A DNA stretch of 63,523 nucleotides, the filler included, from Choristocarpus tenellus KU-1152 (taxonomy: Eukaryota > Protista > Phaeophyceae): the NCBI GenBank assembly GCA_964200185.2. It is 10 parts of 10 records of this genome, joined end to end, with 100 filler letters (N's around TTAATTAATTAA, not from the genome) between each part and the next. Parts side by side here need not be neighbours in the genome. Positions count along the whole stretch, not along the records: positions 1 to 4,669 come from CAXNAD020013535.1; positions 4,770 to 12,198 come from CAXNAD020006178.1; positions 12,299 to 19,046 come from CAXNAD020007435.1; 7 more parts are not named here. One strand, written 5' to 3'. Shown here one piece after another: positions 1 to 12,346 of this stretch; positions within the stretch are counted from its first letter, which is position 1; every line of letters starts with the position of its first letter. A program made the translations under genes and the position numbers. Below the pieces are notes generated by a model, which saw only the letters and a list, made by a program, of their open reading frames with translations, did no database searches and was not told the DNA's origin.

Positions 1-1498
1 CCCTGTTGTTGTCATGCGATGTGTTACAACTCCAACAACTTGCCTGAGGAAATAGATAAATGCCGATCGGCGTATCTGACAGGGTGGGGGGGGGGCAGAT
101 CGCAACAAACGATATCTCGGGCATGACTGAGATATTTGTACAAAGAGGTCGGTCATCATATAATGTCAATACTTGTATGCGCTCAGTGGTAGCTTCTTCT
201 ACTTAGCGACGATAGCAATAAAAAATAAACAAATTATTAATGTGGGAAAATAACACTTCTTCTCAGTCAGTCAGCCATCCATAATGACAATGAGACGCCG
301 CCCCGAAAAAACTACTTCGAAAGTACACTATTATTTTCTACCACCTCCACCGTCGACAGTCAAACGACTCCGCCAACCGCACTAATTATTCAAGCAAGCA
401 AGCCAATGCAGGGCATACATGTACACGTCGATCAAACCAAATCGTTTGCCGCCCCCCACACACTATCCTACTACCACCTTCGTCGGGATGGATTCCCATT
501 CGTAGCGGGGCCCTCCAAAAGTGCCGCAACATTTACAAAAAAAAACATTTGTGCACTTTCCGCACACGAATCCGTGTCTCGCTCATCCTCAATTTTGATG
601 ATCGGCTGTTTAGTATCGATCGTGTTGAAACTTGTTCCAATCTTGGAGTTGTTGCATACTTTGGACATTCTTCACAATTTCTGGTAGCGAGTCTCCCTTC
701 ATATTTGTACACAACATGCAACGAGCCAAAGACTGGTTGCTACAATTGCATCAAACTTTACTTTCATTCTTGCTCTAGACTGCTTTTATAGCACATATAT
801 ACTATTATTATACTAGGATAGTGCCAGACAAAAAGAGGTAGTCCTTTTTAGTGCAGCTGTCTGCAGTGAAGAGGTAAAGTGCATGTAAATACAGAGCAAC
901 CCATTTCTATGACGTTCTGTGACCAATTACTTCTTAGGTAGTTTCTTGATACTTTGGAGTAGATGGTGCAGGTAAGGATGGAGTACATGAAATGTTTGCG
1001 AATTAAAAGTACATCAACTACGATGTCAGCAGACACCCTAAGGCACCAAACTTCAAGTAGAACTGGGAGTTTGGGATCCAATGGAAAGATAGGTGGACGC
1101 CCCTGCACAAATTCGTGGCTTGGGGTAAATCCAAGATGACTGGAAAGTTTGAACCAGATCATTTCTGTTGCTACAGGATGTGACAGGGGTGGGTTTTCTC
1201 TTTATCCAGGACTCTTGGTGTAAGGGAAGAAATGAGACGCATTCAACTACATCATCAGTAGATGAATTAGTTGCAGGTAGCTAGTCAGGACAAGCATACA
1301 AAAAGCATCAAGGATTCCATCCATACTTGTTCTTGAAGTTCAAATCTTCATCTGCCCAACAATAAGTTGGGTATTTCAACTAGTGACCGAGTGCGGAGCA
1401 TCGTGCTTTGTCGATATCCAATGAACAAACACAGAAGTCTCCAATGCAACAAATCTCAATAACCATAGTGTCATATTATGACATACGAAGTACATGGA

Positions 1499-1757
1499 GA
1501 GTCAGTGTATCTTAGAGGGTAGAGCCGCGTCGGTTTATGACCCAAAATCCAATGTTGCGATTTTGATGTAATTTTGGCTATTGTGTTTGTTAGGAAGTGC
1601 CACTATCATTATTCCGGGCACACCTTTTCATGACATACACATTTCACCTATTCCGAAACATTTCGGAGTAGGAAACTGTAAAAAACAACAACGTGGGAAG
1701 CCAAGTCCCAAATAGACAAACAGGGCAAAACTCGTACCCTCCAAGATACTTTCACTC
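1499..1757 (+). mobile_element. MITE family A copy (~260 bp, GAG...CTC termini), 4-bp TSD TGGA
   Basis: Starts GAGTCAGTGTATCTTAGAGGGTA and ends TACCCTCCAAGATACTTTCACTC (23-bp imperfect TIR). Flanked by TGGA on both sides. Homologous to 9 other copies in the window. Confidence 0.9.
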
Positions 1758-2051
1758 TGGACAGGGTTGAGCAGGGGAAAACTGCACACACGAACACACA
1801 CACACACACCTCAAGTCTATCTACGCTGATGAGCACACAGAACACCGACATCTACACAACTGTAACAACAAAGTATCAGTACTTCACCTCTTTTTTGTAT
1901 CTTTACACTTTTAATGACCAGTTGGTGCCTACGACAAACCTAACCTAATAAAACAAGTCAATGAATCGAAGAGGGAGAGGTGCAATTTCACCTGAAACAA
2001 GAGTGTCATGGCCAACAGTATTCCCACACCGTAACCACTACAAAAATAAGA

Positions 2052-3469
2052 CTACTTGAGAGCTGTCCGCAGTGTGCCATCATCCGTGGCACTGGCAGGT
2101 TTGAAGTCTGCACGACGAGACCCAAGGAAACGGTCGTATATTTCCAAGTACCCCCTACGGTCTTCTAGAGACATCGATGGACGTGTCATCAAGAGTGCAG
2201 AATGAAGGTGTTCCGACAAAATCTCGACTGCGTCCCCTAACTCAGAACTTGCCCCAACAACCGGTTCTACAAACTCTTTCTGCTCCTCTTCTTCAGTAGT
2301 CCCAGCTTCCACTCCAATGGGTGAAACCTCCTCTAGCAGACCAGATGTTTCGTCTAACTTGGTGTGCAGGGTCTTGGAACCTGCTTCCCCATTCAAAGTT
2401 TCAGTCAGGGAGGGAGCACCATTACTCCTGGAGTCGCTCACCTTCTCTTCTCTTTCCTACAAGCAAGGTACAGTAGCTCTCAGGGTTAGTACTTGGGGTG
2501 GGGACTTGATCATGAAGGGAGATCTACCCACGACACTACTCTAGATTTATTAAGTTTCCTTAGCAGAATCGAGTCATGTGATCTCTTTCCCCACCTTCCA
2601 GAGGACGATTCTAAGCCATTACCTAAGTGAGCCAAACTAATCGAGAGGTAGGCAGGTTGGGACCTGTTTGCACTAACTCAAAGCAAACGATAAGGTATCC
2701 ATAGTTGCGTTTGAAGGATGCTGACAGATATGTCCAAAATTCGACTTTTTCTTACAATGAGGAGAATTGCGTCGGAAAAGTTTGAAACAATAGAGAAATG
2801 GACGTTCTCAAGTTAAACATAGAACTTAATCCATAGAAATATGAGCAAATTGAAAGAGACGAAAAACAGAATTAAAGTACAAAACTGTGAAAGCTTGGGT
2901 AGCTCGATTACTTTGACTCATTCCAAGCCATTTTTCTTACCCTGTGCAATGCAACTTTTTAATTGCTTTACGTGCACAGTAGTGTCGGCTAAATTGATAT
3001 TCCCTAACCCTTTCCGCACACAATATGACCGCACAATTCAGCAAAGGCTCTTTCTCCATTTGTACAAAATGACATCATTTTACCCTTTGTCGGAATACTT
3101 TAAATGCAATTAAATGCAATCCTCCCAACCTCTTAATTGATTTGGCTCAGTACCCTCCAAACCAAGGTATCCTCCCCCAAATCCACCTACCTGGAAGATG
3201 ACCACTGAAGCAATCTAACCAGTGCCACTTTCAAGTTACCTACAACCACAAATTATCCCCTGCAATCATCATAACATTCCTGATGACATACGTCAAAGAG
3301 GTGCTCATTGCACCAGATAATCTACAAAATACCTCCCTTTTGCCCCTCTTTTCCTCCAATTCATCCCACTCACCCTAAGATAACAGTGTATGGCCTCCAG
3401 CTGGGCTGTGTCGACAACCCCCTGAAGATCGGCCCCGGTGAAGAGTTCTGCAGCGGGGGACTTTGCCAC
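2052..3469 (-). CDS. PEX1: Peroxisome biogenesis AAA ATPase PEX1, last two exons (3469-3374 and 2456-2052); 5' part not seen
   Basis: Exon VAKSPAAELFTGADLQGVVDTAQLEAIHCYLR (CAG| ... |GTGAGT, 96 nt) splices in frame to a terminal exon containing HLHSALLMTRPSMSLEDRRGYLEIYDRF...LRTALK*. This matches the PEX1 AAA-D2 lid (FTGADL..L...AQL.A.H) and C-terminus (TRPSIS). Confidence 0.8.
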
Positions 3470-3719
3470 CTGAGGAAGAGCTTCGATTTTGGCCTTGAGA
3501 GACAAAGGCAGCTTGCGGCTTACCTGGGCAATACCAGTATTGCACAGAGATTGGAGTGTAGACCGACAAAGTACATTGAAACAAGGAGGACCGAGAGGAG
3601 CCTTTCAGTTTCCTGAAGGCGTTTCAATAGAATTGAGATTTTGCAAACTGGATAGTAAAGGTGAAGCAACCCGAAATATACCCCTCAGAGTACAAAATAT
3701 GCCATACTTGAATACTTCA

Positions 3720-3975
3720 GAGTCAAAGTATATTGGAGGGTAGAGCCGCGTCCGTTTGGCAACCAAAATCCAAAGTTGAAATGTATTTTTGTTTATTGTG
3801 TTTGTTAGGAAGTGTCAATATCCTTGTTCCAGACACACCTTTTCATAATGTATGCATTTTACTTACTCTGAAACACTTCGGAGTATGTAAAATATCATAA
3901 AAAACCCCGTGGGAAGTCACGCCTCAAACGGACAAACAGGGCAAAATTCCTACCCTCTAAGCGATATTTTCACTC
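3720..3975 (+). mobile_element. MITE family A copy
   Basis: GAGTCAAAGTATATTGGAGGGTA ... TACCCTCTAAGCGATATTTTCACTC; flanks share TCA (3 bp). Confidence 0.9.
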
Positions 3976-4182
3976 TCATGAAAAGGATACGCCAGATGTA
4001 TCCTAAATCGTTCGTTCTACTTCACACTGTACATGAGAGCGTGTCTAAGACTCTCTTGACAAAAACACCCTAAACATTGCATGCCAACAAGGTTTCCATG
4101 AGATTAATTGACCATGCTGATTGGTTAAGCAGATGCTGTACACACTAGGGCTTAAATGGCCATGTTTGTCAACCATATGCAG

Positions 4183-4385
4183 TGTGTGCACACCGGCTTT
4201 TAAGATAAGGCCATATTTAGGCTGCGAGTTGCTACCTTTCAGGAGCATTCCCAAAAATTTCCACTGGCTAAGTAATGGACATTGGTGTGTGCGCACCGGC
4301 TTTTAAGATAAGGCCATATTTAGGCCGCGAGTTGTTACCTTTCAGGAACTTTCCCAAAAATTTCCACTAAGTAATGGACATTGGG
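4183..4385. repeat. ~103-bp tandem duplication (2 copies)
   Basis: TGTGTGC(A/G)CACCGGCTTTTAAGATAAGGCCATATTTAGG...TAAGTAATGGACATTGG occurs at 4183 and 4286. Confidence 0.9.
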
Positions 4386-4587
4386 CAGAGAGACACCATG
4401 ATACTAACTGCAAATGGTGTAAACACTACTTACACATAAACCTTGAATGGATTCTCGCATCAATACCAGTAATAGTCACATCCCGCTGACAAAACTGTAA
4501 TCCAATCTTGAGCAGTGGCGTGCACCACAAATTGCTGTTTTAGGACAGGTCAGCAACGTTACCTTTGCACCACCTGATGAACTTTTT

Positions 4588-4637
<50 letters not shown>

Positions 4638-4670
4638 TTATTCTTTTTTTCTATTTTTCTTTTTTTTTTN

Positions 4671-4769
4671 NNNNNNNNNNNNNNNNNNNNNNNNNNNNNN
4701 NNNNNNNNNNNNNTTAATTAATTAANNNNNNNNNNNNNNNNNNNNNNNNNNNNNNNNNNNNNNNNNNNN
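4671..4769. other. Artificial contig-joining linker (N-run/TTAATTAATTAA/N-run); same linker at ~12199-12298, 19047-19146, 27142-27241, 31118-31217, 34923-35022, 38408-38507, 41548-41647, 50903-51002
   Basis: The same 12-mer, which gives stops in all six frames, is centred in N-runs nine times. Confidence 0.97.
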
Positions 4770-5000
4770 GCGTCCATTCGGGGGCCGAAATCCAATGTTG
4801 CGATTTCCATGTAATTTTATCCGTCGTATTTGTTAGGAAGTGTCAGTATCCTTGTTCCGGACACACCATTTCATAACATATACATATTACCTACTCCGAA
4901 ACATTTCGGAGTAGGAAAAATATCACAAAAACCCCATGGGAAGCCAAGCCCCAAATGGACAAACAGGGCAAAACTCGTACCCTCTGAGATAATTTCACTC
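4770..5000 (+). mobile_element. MITE family A copy, left end cut off by the gap
   Basis: Internal sequence matches family A, including the perfect hairpin CCTACTCCGAAA-CA-TTTCGGAGTAGG (4890-4915). Ends TACCCTCTGAGATAATTTCACTC. Confidence 0.9.
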
Positions 5001-6978
5001 CCTGTTGATAGATATGCTAGCCTGACACTCTCACCTCATGGCACTCACTCTGCATTTGACTTAACGTTCAAGAGAGAACGTCGTACACCAAAGTGACCCA
5101 AAGCAATTATGAGGGTGGGAATTTTGCCCTGTGAAAGGAGACCCTGAAGTCGTGATGGTCTCATAAACGCCATTATGACCTTGAAGTCCTGCATTTTATG
5201 CATCTGTACTTCTTCATAATTTAATTTTCAATTAGTCATCATGGGGTGGATATAGGTCGTGCATGTTTGTTCAGCCCTTTATATATATCCCAATCAAAGC
5301 AATAAAGTGAACAATCGAAGTGAAACATCCAGCATATTTGATGACATTGCTATTAAGGCATCTTCTACAAGCCTCATCTTCAACAAACAGGCTTGTGGAA
5401 TGGAATTACATATCAAAACGTGACAAACTTGCGGACCGTTTTGTAATATAGAGGTCCTACCTTGTCTCTCCATACTGAGGAAAATACTCAGCTTACCACA
5501 TTGGGACTGTTGTTAGCTTCTTGGGATGCCATGGACTCCTCTCCATCTCCTCTCGAATTGGGGGGGAAGGGTCTGAATTGTTGCATCTGTCGATCACGAT
5601 CAGTGAGGAACGGACCTTGCGATCAAGATTGGAGGCATTTACTCATGTTTGCATCGATGGCCTGCACTCCAGATCACAACTTTGGGGCCTCTTTCTACGA
5701 CCTCGAGGCTGTGTAAGAGAGTGCAGGTCACTTTACTGTCTGCACTGGTTCGTATCAATGGCATACATTTATTTGGGATCACGGCTTCAGCGACTCTCTT
5801 TACAAGGACCTTGCGACTGGGTAATAGAGTGCAGGTCGCCCTATGGGTTGCATCAATGGTCTGTGCAAAAGTGCACTGCTTCGGGGTCTCTCTTTACGAC
5901 CTTGAGGCTAGGCAAGAGTGCAGGCCACCAGAGTGCAGACCACCTTACAGTGTCCACTGGGTTGCACCAACGACCTGTACCCCGGGTCATAACCTCAGAG
6001 ACTCCCTATAATGAGGGGATAACATCAAGACTCTGCATGGTGGTGCTAACAGCATTACTGTTGTGTGTCCCATGTGTCTCGATTATCTGTAGAGTAGGTT
6101 CTGCCTTATTCACATACTCACTCTTGTATGTTGGTGCTCTTGCTGTTTGTATGTGTTCTCCAGTGTTGTAATCTCCCCTTTCAGGTATAGAAGGGATCAG
6201 CAGTTTGATCAGTCGCAACTCAGGCACAGGCGGCTAAGGGAACACAAGGAGAGCGTTGTTTGTAACGCATAGTTACCCCCGTCAAGAAGGTGTAATACAA
6301 GGAGAAAATGATAGAGACTGGATACTTGGGTTGAGTGCCCCAGGGAAGAGACAAAAGGATGGCAGGACAAGTCAGATATTTCCAAGTCTTTGGGAGCAGT
6401 GAACAAGAACATACTGGAGATGGCAATAGGGAGGGGGGGATTATAATATATGGATGAGAGGGCCACAAGTCCCTGGTAGATCTAGTTACAACGAGGGGAG
6501 AGTCTTTCTATGACAGTACCTAATCTCAATGTGACTGGGAGACATCATTGTTGTGTCTTGTATTTGTTTGTCTTTATAGTTCCGAAGTGGAAGAGTTCTT
6601 CTATGGCAGTACCCTGATTCGATGTTATTGTGACCTTTGTGGCTGTATTCATTTGTGTTTATGGTTGTGAAGGGAGAGAGTATTTACTTGACAGTATCTT
6701 ACTTCTATGTTATCGTGAGACATTTTTTTGTATATTTGTTCATGTTTGTAGTTCTTAGTTAGCGTGGGAGAGTCTTCTATGGCAACACCCTATTACTTTG
6801 TCACTGTGAGACGTTATTTTTGTGATTGTATATTTTTTGTGTTCATGGCAATGAAAGGGGGAGCTAGTTGTACATGAGTGCGAGACTCTGGTGTAGGGGG
6901 TTTTCTCTTGAACGTTGAGTCAAATGCAGGGTGAGTGCTTGAGGTGTGAGTGTCACGCTAGCATATCTGTCGTCAGGG
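5001..6978. mobile_element. Putative non-autonomous DNA transposon with ~80-bp terminal inverted repeats
   Basis: 5001-5078 (CCTGTTGATAGATATGCTAGCCTGACACTCTCACCTCATGGCACTCACTCTGCATTTGACTTAACGTTCAAGAGAGAA) is the near-identical reverse complement of 6901-6977. The interior has diverged tandem repeats (5690-6000, 6490-6870) and no intact ORF. Confidence 0.65.
5155..5450. repeat. Dispersed degenerate repeat, copy 1 (others at ~7195-7500 and ~8765-9190)
   Basis: Shared blocks CATTATGACCTTGAAG, TAGGTCGTGCATG, CCCAATCAAAGCAATAAAGTGA, TCCAGCATATTTGA and GGA(A/T)TGGA(A/G)(T/C)TACAT occur in the same order (some blocks diverged in individual copies). Confidence 0.75.
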
Positions 6979-7194
6979 CAAATTGTAGGGATGTTTTTTT
7001 TCTCCAACTTTCCTTCTCTGCTGGAACCCCAATGCTACCTACTGATACGTTAGTAACTGGAAGTGACATTCAATAAATTTCTGCAACATTCATGATAGGA
7101 TAAGGAGTGGCACTTTATTTCCTTGTCTAATTGTCTGTTCTTTGCATTGAAGCAGTTATGCTTCCTGCTGAGGGGGCATGTCTCGCGTTATAGT

Positions 7195-7500
7195 TGTTAG
7201 TGGCGGTTGATAAACATCACTTGACCTTGAAGCCCAAGATTTTAGATGTTGTACTTCTTCAACTTCTTATCTATCATGTAGTCAATGTGATGCCTTGCAT
7301 AGGTCGTGCATGGTTGTTCAGTTCTTTTTGTAGACCCCAATCAAAGCAATAAAGTGAGTAATCGAAGTGATGAATCCAGCATATTTGAATATATTTATAT
7401 TAAGGTGCCCTCTACGAGCCTTGTCTACACTCTACAGGCTTGTGGATTGGAGCTACATTTCCCGTCATGGTAAGCTTGTGGAATATTTTGTAACAATAGC
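7195..7500. repeat. Dispersed degenerate repeat, copy 2
   Basis: TGACCTTGAAG, ATAGGTCGTGCATGGTTGTTCAG, CCCAATCAAAGCAATAAAGTGA and TCCAGCATATTTGA are collinear with 5155-5450. Confidence 0.75.
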
Positions 7501-8764
7501 AGTCTCCAAAAAATAGGGAGGTTCTTTTCATCGTTGTTAGGGTTAGGCTTAGGATTATGCTCATGCACTTCCGTAGTCTGTCGAATGAACAAAAAAGTTG
7601 TAGTGAGGTATTCAGCAACTCTAATGTAGGAAGTTTTAACTGCTCCCTACTCCTATATGCCCCCCTAAACTAAGAACTGTGTTCTTTCTCCTAATCCTCT
7701 GCTTTTCTTTTCTTCTCCTTTCTTTTCTGTTTACGCTGCTTGTCCTTTTTGTTCTAGAAGACTGCTTTGAATCTCCAAATTTGTTTGTATATATATCACA
7801 ATATTCTTAGAAGTATTTTTTTTGCTATTTGACTGACATTTTTTGATAGATTTCGCACCACCAACACATGAGATGCACATTTCAAGGGGGCGGCACAGGC
7901 TCGACTGAGCAAGCAGTAGGCAGGGAGTACCACTGAGCCAAAAAAAGTAAACAAGAGGTACCCAGTTTTTTGGGCGTTTCGCATTGTAATGCAGTTACAA
8001 AATCTTTTGCAATTCTCCCAAATTCCTATGGATGAAGTGCTAAGTTTGACTTGAGAGGGTTGAATTCTCTATTATTTGAAACGTTTCGACACCCTTCGGC
8101 AACTACCCTAAACTCCTTCGTAAAAAATGGCGAATTTTGCATATATTTGACAACATCCATAAGATACAACTCTGTGTACCTCTCGTTTACTCTGACTACT
8201 TCTACAATGTGTTTAGTGTTTCGGACCTCTGGTGTGGTACCCACAACTTGCTGCACAAGTTTTCCACTACTGAAAATTATCAAACTAATTAACGACCCCT
8301 ACGCCATCAGCATCATATTCCAAGTTTGACTATAACTCAAAACTGCAAATTTGGCGCTCACGCAATCATCTTATAGCCTAACAAACTACCAATTTCGACT
8401 TGCTTATCTAAACTCTCGTTGTCTGAAACCTTCTGGACCAGTGATTCACTTGGAAATAAAGCAACTACAACACTTGATACAGGCGAGTAGTGTATGTACT
8501 GTTTCTTGCGCTCTAACCAGTGCAAGCAGTAAGCATGGAGGCAGGCAACCCAAAAAGGGATTGTTCGATTCGTTACAGATCCAGTGTAAAATCTGCAACT
8601 TGAGAATAAGGCAACAGTTTTCAGTTGTATTACGGCTTCTTAAAACTAGACTCTTTCAGAAATGGTATCATGACAAACATACACACGTTGTCAGTCCTGA
8701 TCCGTATACTTGCCTTGAGAATAACTATATCTTCATCTATCAACCTGATATGTTGCAGGCGATA

Positions 8765-9190
8765 TGTCTTGGTGGTTTCATAAACACCATTATGACCTTG
8801 AAGTACCAGATTTGATATATTTGTATTTCTTAACTATACATTTATTATTTAGATGTTATATTGCCCCCAATTGGTACATCGTTGCCAGTTCCTTTTTATA
8901 TTATTATATTTGATGATTTTTATGAAGGGAATAATCCAAGTGAGAGATCCAGCATATTTGATGACTTGTGCACCAGGAGCCCTATACGTGCATCAGCGTC
9001 ATCGATAGACCTGTAGATTGGAGCTATATATCCTGTGGAGGTAAGCTTCTGGATCGTGCTGTAACAGATAACCACTATCTCCGTTGATCATCTGGTTATC
9101 GATTCATCATAGGCACCTTGTTCGTTCCTCAATGTTGTAGATTGGAGCTAAACATCCCATAGCTGCAGAGCGTTTTGTAACACGATAATA
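8765..9190. repeat. Dispersed degenerate repeat, copy 3
   Basis: CATAAACACCATTATGACCTTGAAGT, ATCCAGCATATTTGATGAC and TGTAGATTGGAGCTA (twice). Confidence 0.7.
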
Positions 9191-12100
9191 TGATGCGTTC
9201 GTTGATCACTTGAATTAGGACTAAATGGCCATTGATATCTGATTCATTAACAAGAATACCAACCCTTCAACTTGAACCATCCTCACTCCCTCATTCCATT
9301 CCTGCTCATATGTTTGTCTCTTTCTCTTGCTCTTGCTTCGTTCTAGTTCTGCGATTCCTTGGGGATGATAAGCCCACAGAATACGTGAGCTACCCTCTTC
9401 TTATATTTCTTCTTATATGTGATGCACGAACTGCTGTCACTATCATTTCGAGCAGATGCGTGCTAAGGCTGAAGGAAGTATTTTCGGACAGTCTTTACCA
9501 TCTTGGACTTGCGTGAGCAATGCAGTAAGATGGGAAAGTCATACCCTAAATTTCACTCAGCGTCGAGGACTTCATCTGCCTATTATACTTGACGGTGAAC
9601 GGTATTGAATGCCCTTCCCAGGTTTGTTCGAATACCATTAATATTTTGTGGGTCAAAATATACGTGGAGACACAGAAACACTTCACACACACCCTATAAC
9701 TATAATCCTTATCTACAATAATCTTGTCACCCCCACTACACGTATCAGCACTCAGAGTGTGTAGAACCCATCATCATTGGTATCCGACTCAAAACCACAA
9801 TAACAATTACGACCCTTCACAAGACCTCCATCTTCCTCACCCCCTCACTCTATACCTGTAGTGCTTCGAAGTGTAATAATCCTCACTCTGTGTTGGTATC
9901 AGGTTTTGTTACCCCTTGGAGACAAAGGACCCAGTTCCATGCGGGTCAACAATTTATTTTTCTAGTCTTGTTGTTATGCAGGCATATCACTCCTGTTGAA
10001 TACAACATGTATGTGTTAACCACGGCATACCCTACTTGTGGTCTCCTCCGATTATACTCTCTGAAAGTCCTGTAGTAGTCCCATCGAAAAATATTTCACC
10101 CGACCCAGCCTGAATCCGGGTCTGGTTACCACTCTGTCTGAGATAGTCTTAGACTGATTCTACTAAATCATCCACTACGGATATTTGGGCTCAGGTTAAG
10201 ACTCTTTCCTCAGTTTAAACTTTGATGACCCTGGACTTCGGTCCTCCTTTCGAACATATATTAGGTGGAGTGATTCATGCGTTATAGTAGCATTAATATC
10301 CCCTGAATTCAAGGGCTCACACAGTGTGCGATCTTTACTACTACATAATTTTTTAGGAGTTTGTGTAGAGTTCAATATATTTCGAACAGGTTTCATCTTC
10401 ACTATCTTCCTCCTTATGCAATACATTTTGGAGAAAGAGTCTAAGATATTTTTCAGACCATGCGATTGGATATCATCGAACTGCTTCCAATATATAGTAT
10501 GTACGAACAGATGGAATATAGGACGATCGGACAAAGATATCAGATTTCATATATATATATATTATTATTAATAATATATATATATATGTATTTATACTTT
10601 GAGGTATATACTATATAATATTCCAACAGGTAGCATGATATGTTACCTCCATATTTTTCATTGTTAACGGATTCTGAATGGAGAGAGAGAGGTTATCTAT
10701 TGGATACATAAACAATCCCCAATACCCAATACATTCAGTATACTATGAATTTTTTCTTCTCACATTTTGTTTCATTTTTTCCCTTTTAAAATATCCGTTT
10801 TTTCTGTTTTTCTGTTTTTCTGTTTTCTTCATGGTTTCAGATTAATTGTATGGTACAAATTTTAGTTCGTCGTAAGAAGAGTTTGACGTTAATGGTTCGA
10901 GAATACTCATTGTATTCTCTCTTTTTCATTTTGGTTCTCCACAACTATAGAAAAAATATATCTCCATTATACTTCAAACTATAGTCTTTACTTTAAGGAT
11001 ACGATACAATCTTCTATCCATCCACACCCAGAGTTGGACTATAAGAAACAGTGCACAACTGTAGTTGAAATAAATCTTCCTAAATCGAAAATCAAGATTT
11101 AAGGTTAGGTCGAACAAGCAAAATTCCTATTGGAGACTTTATGTAAAGTAGGAAGAATGGAGAATTTGTACTAACATACAACTTACACAGGTTATAAAAG
11201 TAGGTTGCACACAGGTCTTACCGGACCCAACAGGTGCAAGGTACAAAGGGACTCAAAATACCCTCTACAGTCCCGATAACTCTCGACTTCAATGAAAGAG
11301 GAGATGGGAGTTCGTTCTTCGCCTTTGTGATAAGGGAACAGAGAACGGAGGTGTAACATTCGAATGAAATCGAACGTGGAGCAAAGAAGGAGAGTTGACG
11401 AATGGATGGAAGGAGGGAATGCAAGGCACATCTCGAAAGGGTCGGTGTGGTCACGGAGATGCTGTGGGAGAATTGAGGGTGGAGGGCAGCATGCTCGTCT
11501 AGTCACGGTATCCACATCCAAAGTGGTTTCACTCAAGACTTTGCTCGCATTACGAAGCTTCAGCTTACTGTTTCTCCTCGTTGGCGGAGTGCTATGTCTC
11601 TGGCCAGCCTCGAGCGAGACAAATGACGTAGGCCCACCACTCCTTATCTGTCTACCGGGCTGGAGCTACAATGCAACAACACTATACTTCTTGGTAAGCT
11701 GAGAAACTTTGGGCGGTATATTTTTGCATCTGATATTGGTCAACGGGCTATTTCAGTCTCTGCTTGCTGACTAACGAGCTGCTCTCCCTCGACGGCACAG
11801 CTGGCAGTGTCGGCATGCATCCGGTGTTGGAGGAGAGGGCTGGACTCCTCCAACTCGGAACGTGATATGCGCAGTCATCAGTCGTCTGAGACAAGAGCTG
11901 CAAGCTTTGCCAACACCATTACAGTGATAATGTTTGAAATCGCTGTGATTTATCAGACGACGTCTGAAGTTCTTGTGTGGTAAGCAAGTTGAGGCATATC
12001 TAGGCAGTGGAAAATAGATACGGTGATTGTTGATCACATGCTGGGTCAGCTCACTTTCTCTTCCGGTAAGATGTCTATGTCCACGTCTCAATGATTAGAT

Positions 12101-12298
12101 TGCCGAGCACATGGTGCCATGATCGCGGACTCTTGACTATACCCCCCCCCCCTCATGCCCTTGCCTCATCCCTTCATGATGCGCTAAACTCATTAAAANN
12201 NNNNNNNNNNNNNNNNNNNNNNNNNNNNNNNNNNNNNNNNNNTTAATTAATTAANNNNNNNNNNNNNNNNNNNNNNNNNNNNNNNNNNNNNNNNNNNN

Positions 12299-12346
12299 TT
12301 GACCCAATGGGACAGCCGCCACCCCCCCCCCCGAATACTTTGAGCC
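12299..12346 (-). mobile_element. MITE family B terminus (truncated by the gap)
   Basis: GGACAGCCGCCACCCCC...GAATACTTTGAGCC is the reverse complement of the family B left end GGCTCAAAGTATCTGGG...GGTGGCGGCTGTCC. Confidence 0.75.

Noticed and set aside
406-1162. Short ORFs at the window start
   Set aside because: No recognisable family or convincing splice structure.
4714-4725. Recurrent TTAATTAATTAA motif within N-runs
   Set aside because: Artificial six-frame-stop linker used to concatenate contigs; not biological, and synteny across it is invalid.
5521-6171. 216-aa ORF inside the TIR element
   Set aside because: Built from diverged tandem repeats, with no recognisable domain; likely spurious.
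9560-9735. GDKIIVDKDY peptide resembling the Harbinger/ISL2EU GD.ILADKGY motif
   Set aside because: The downstream ER-like motif needs a frameshift and no other DDE motifs were found; too weak.
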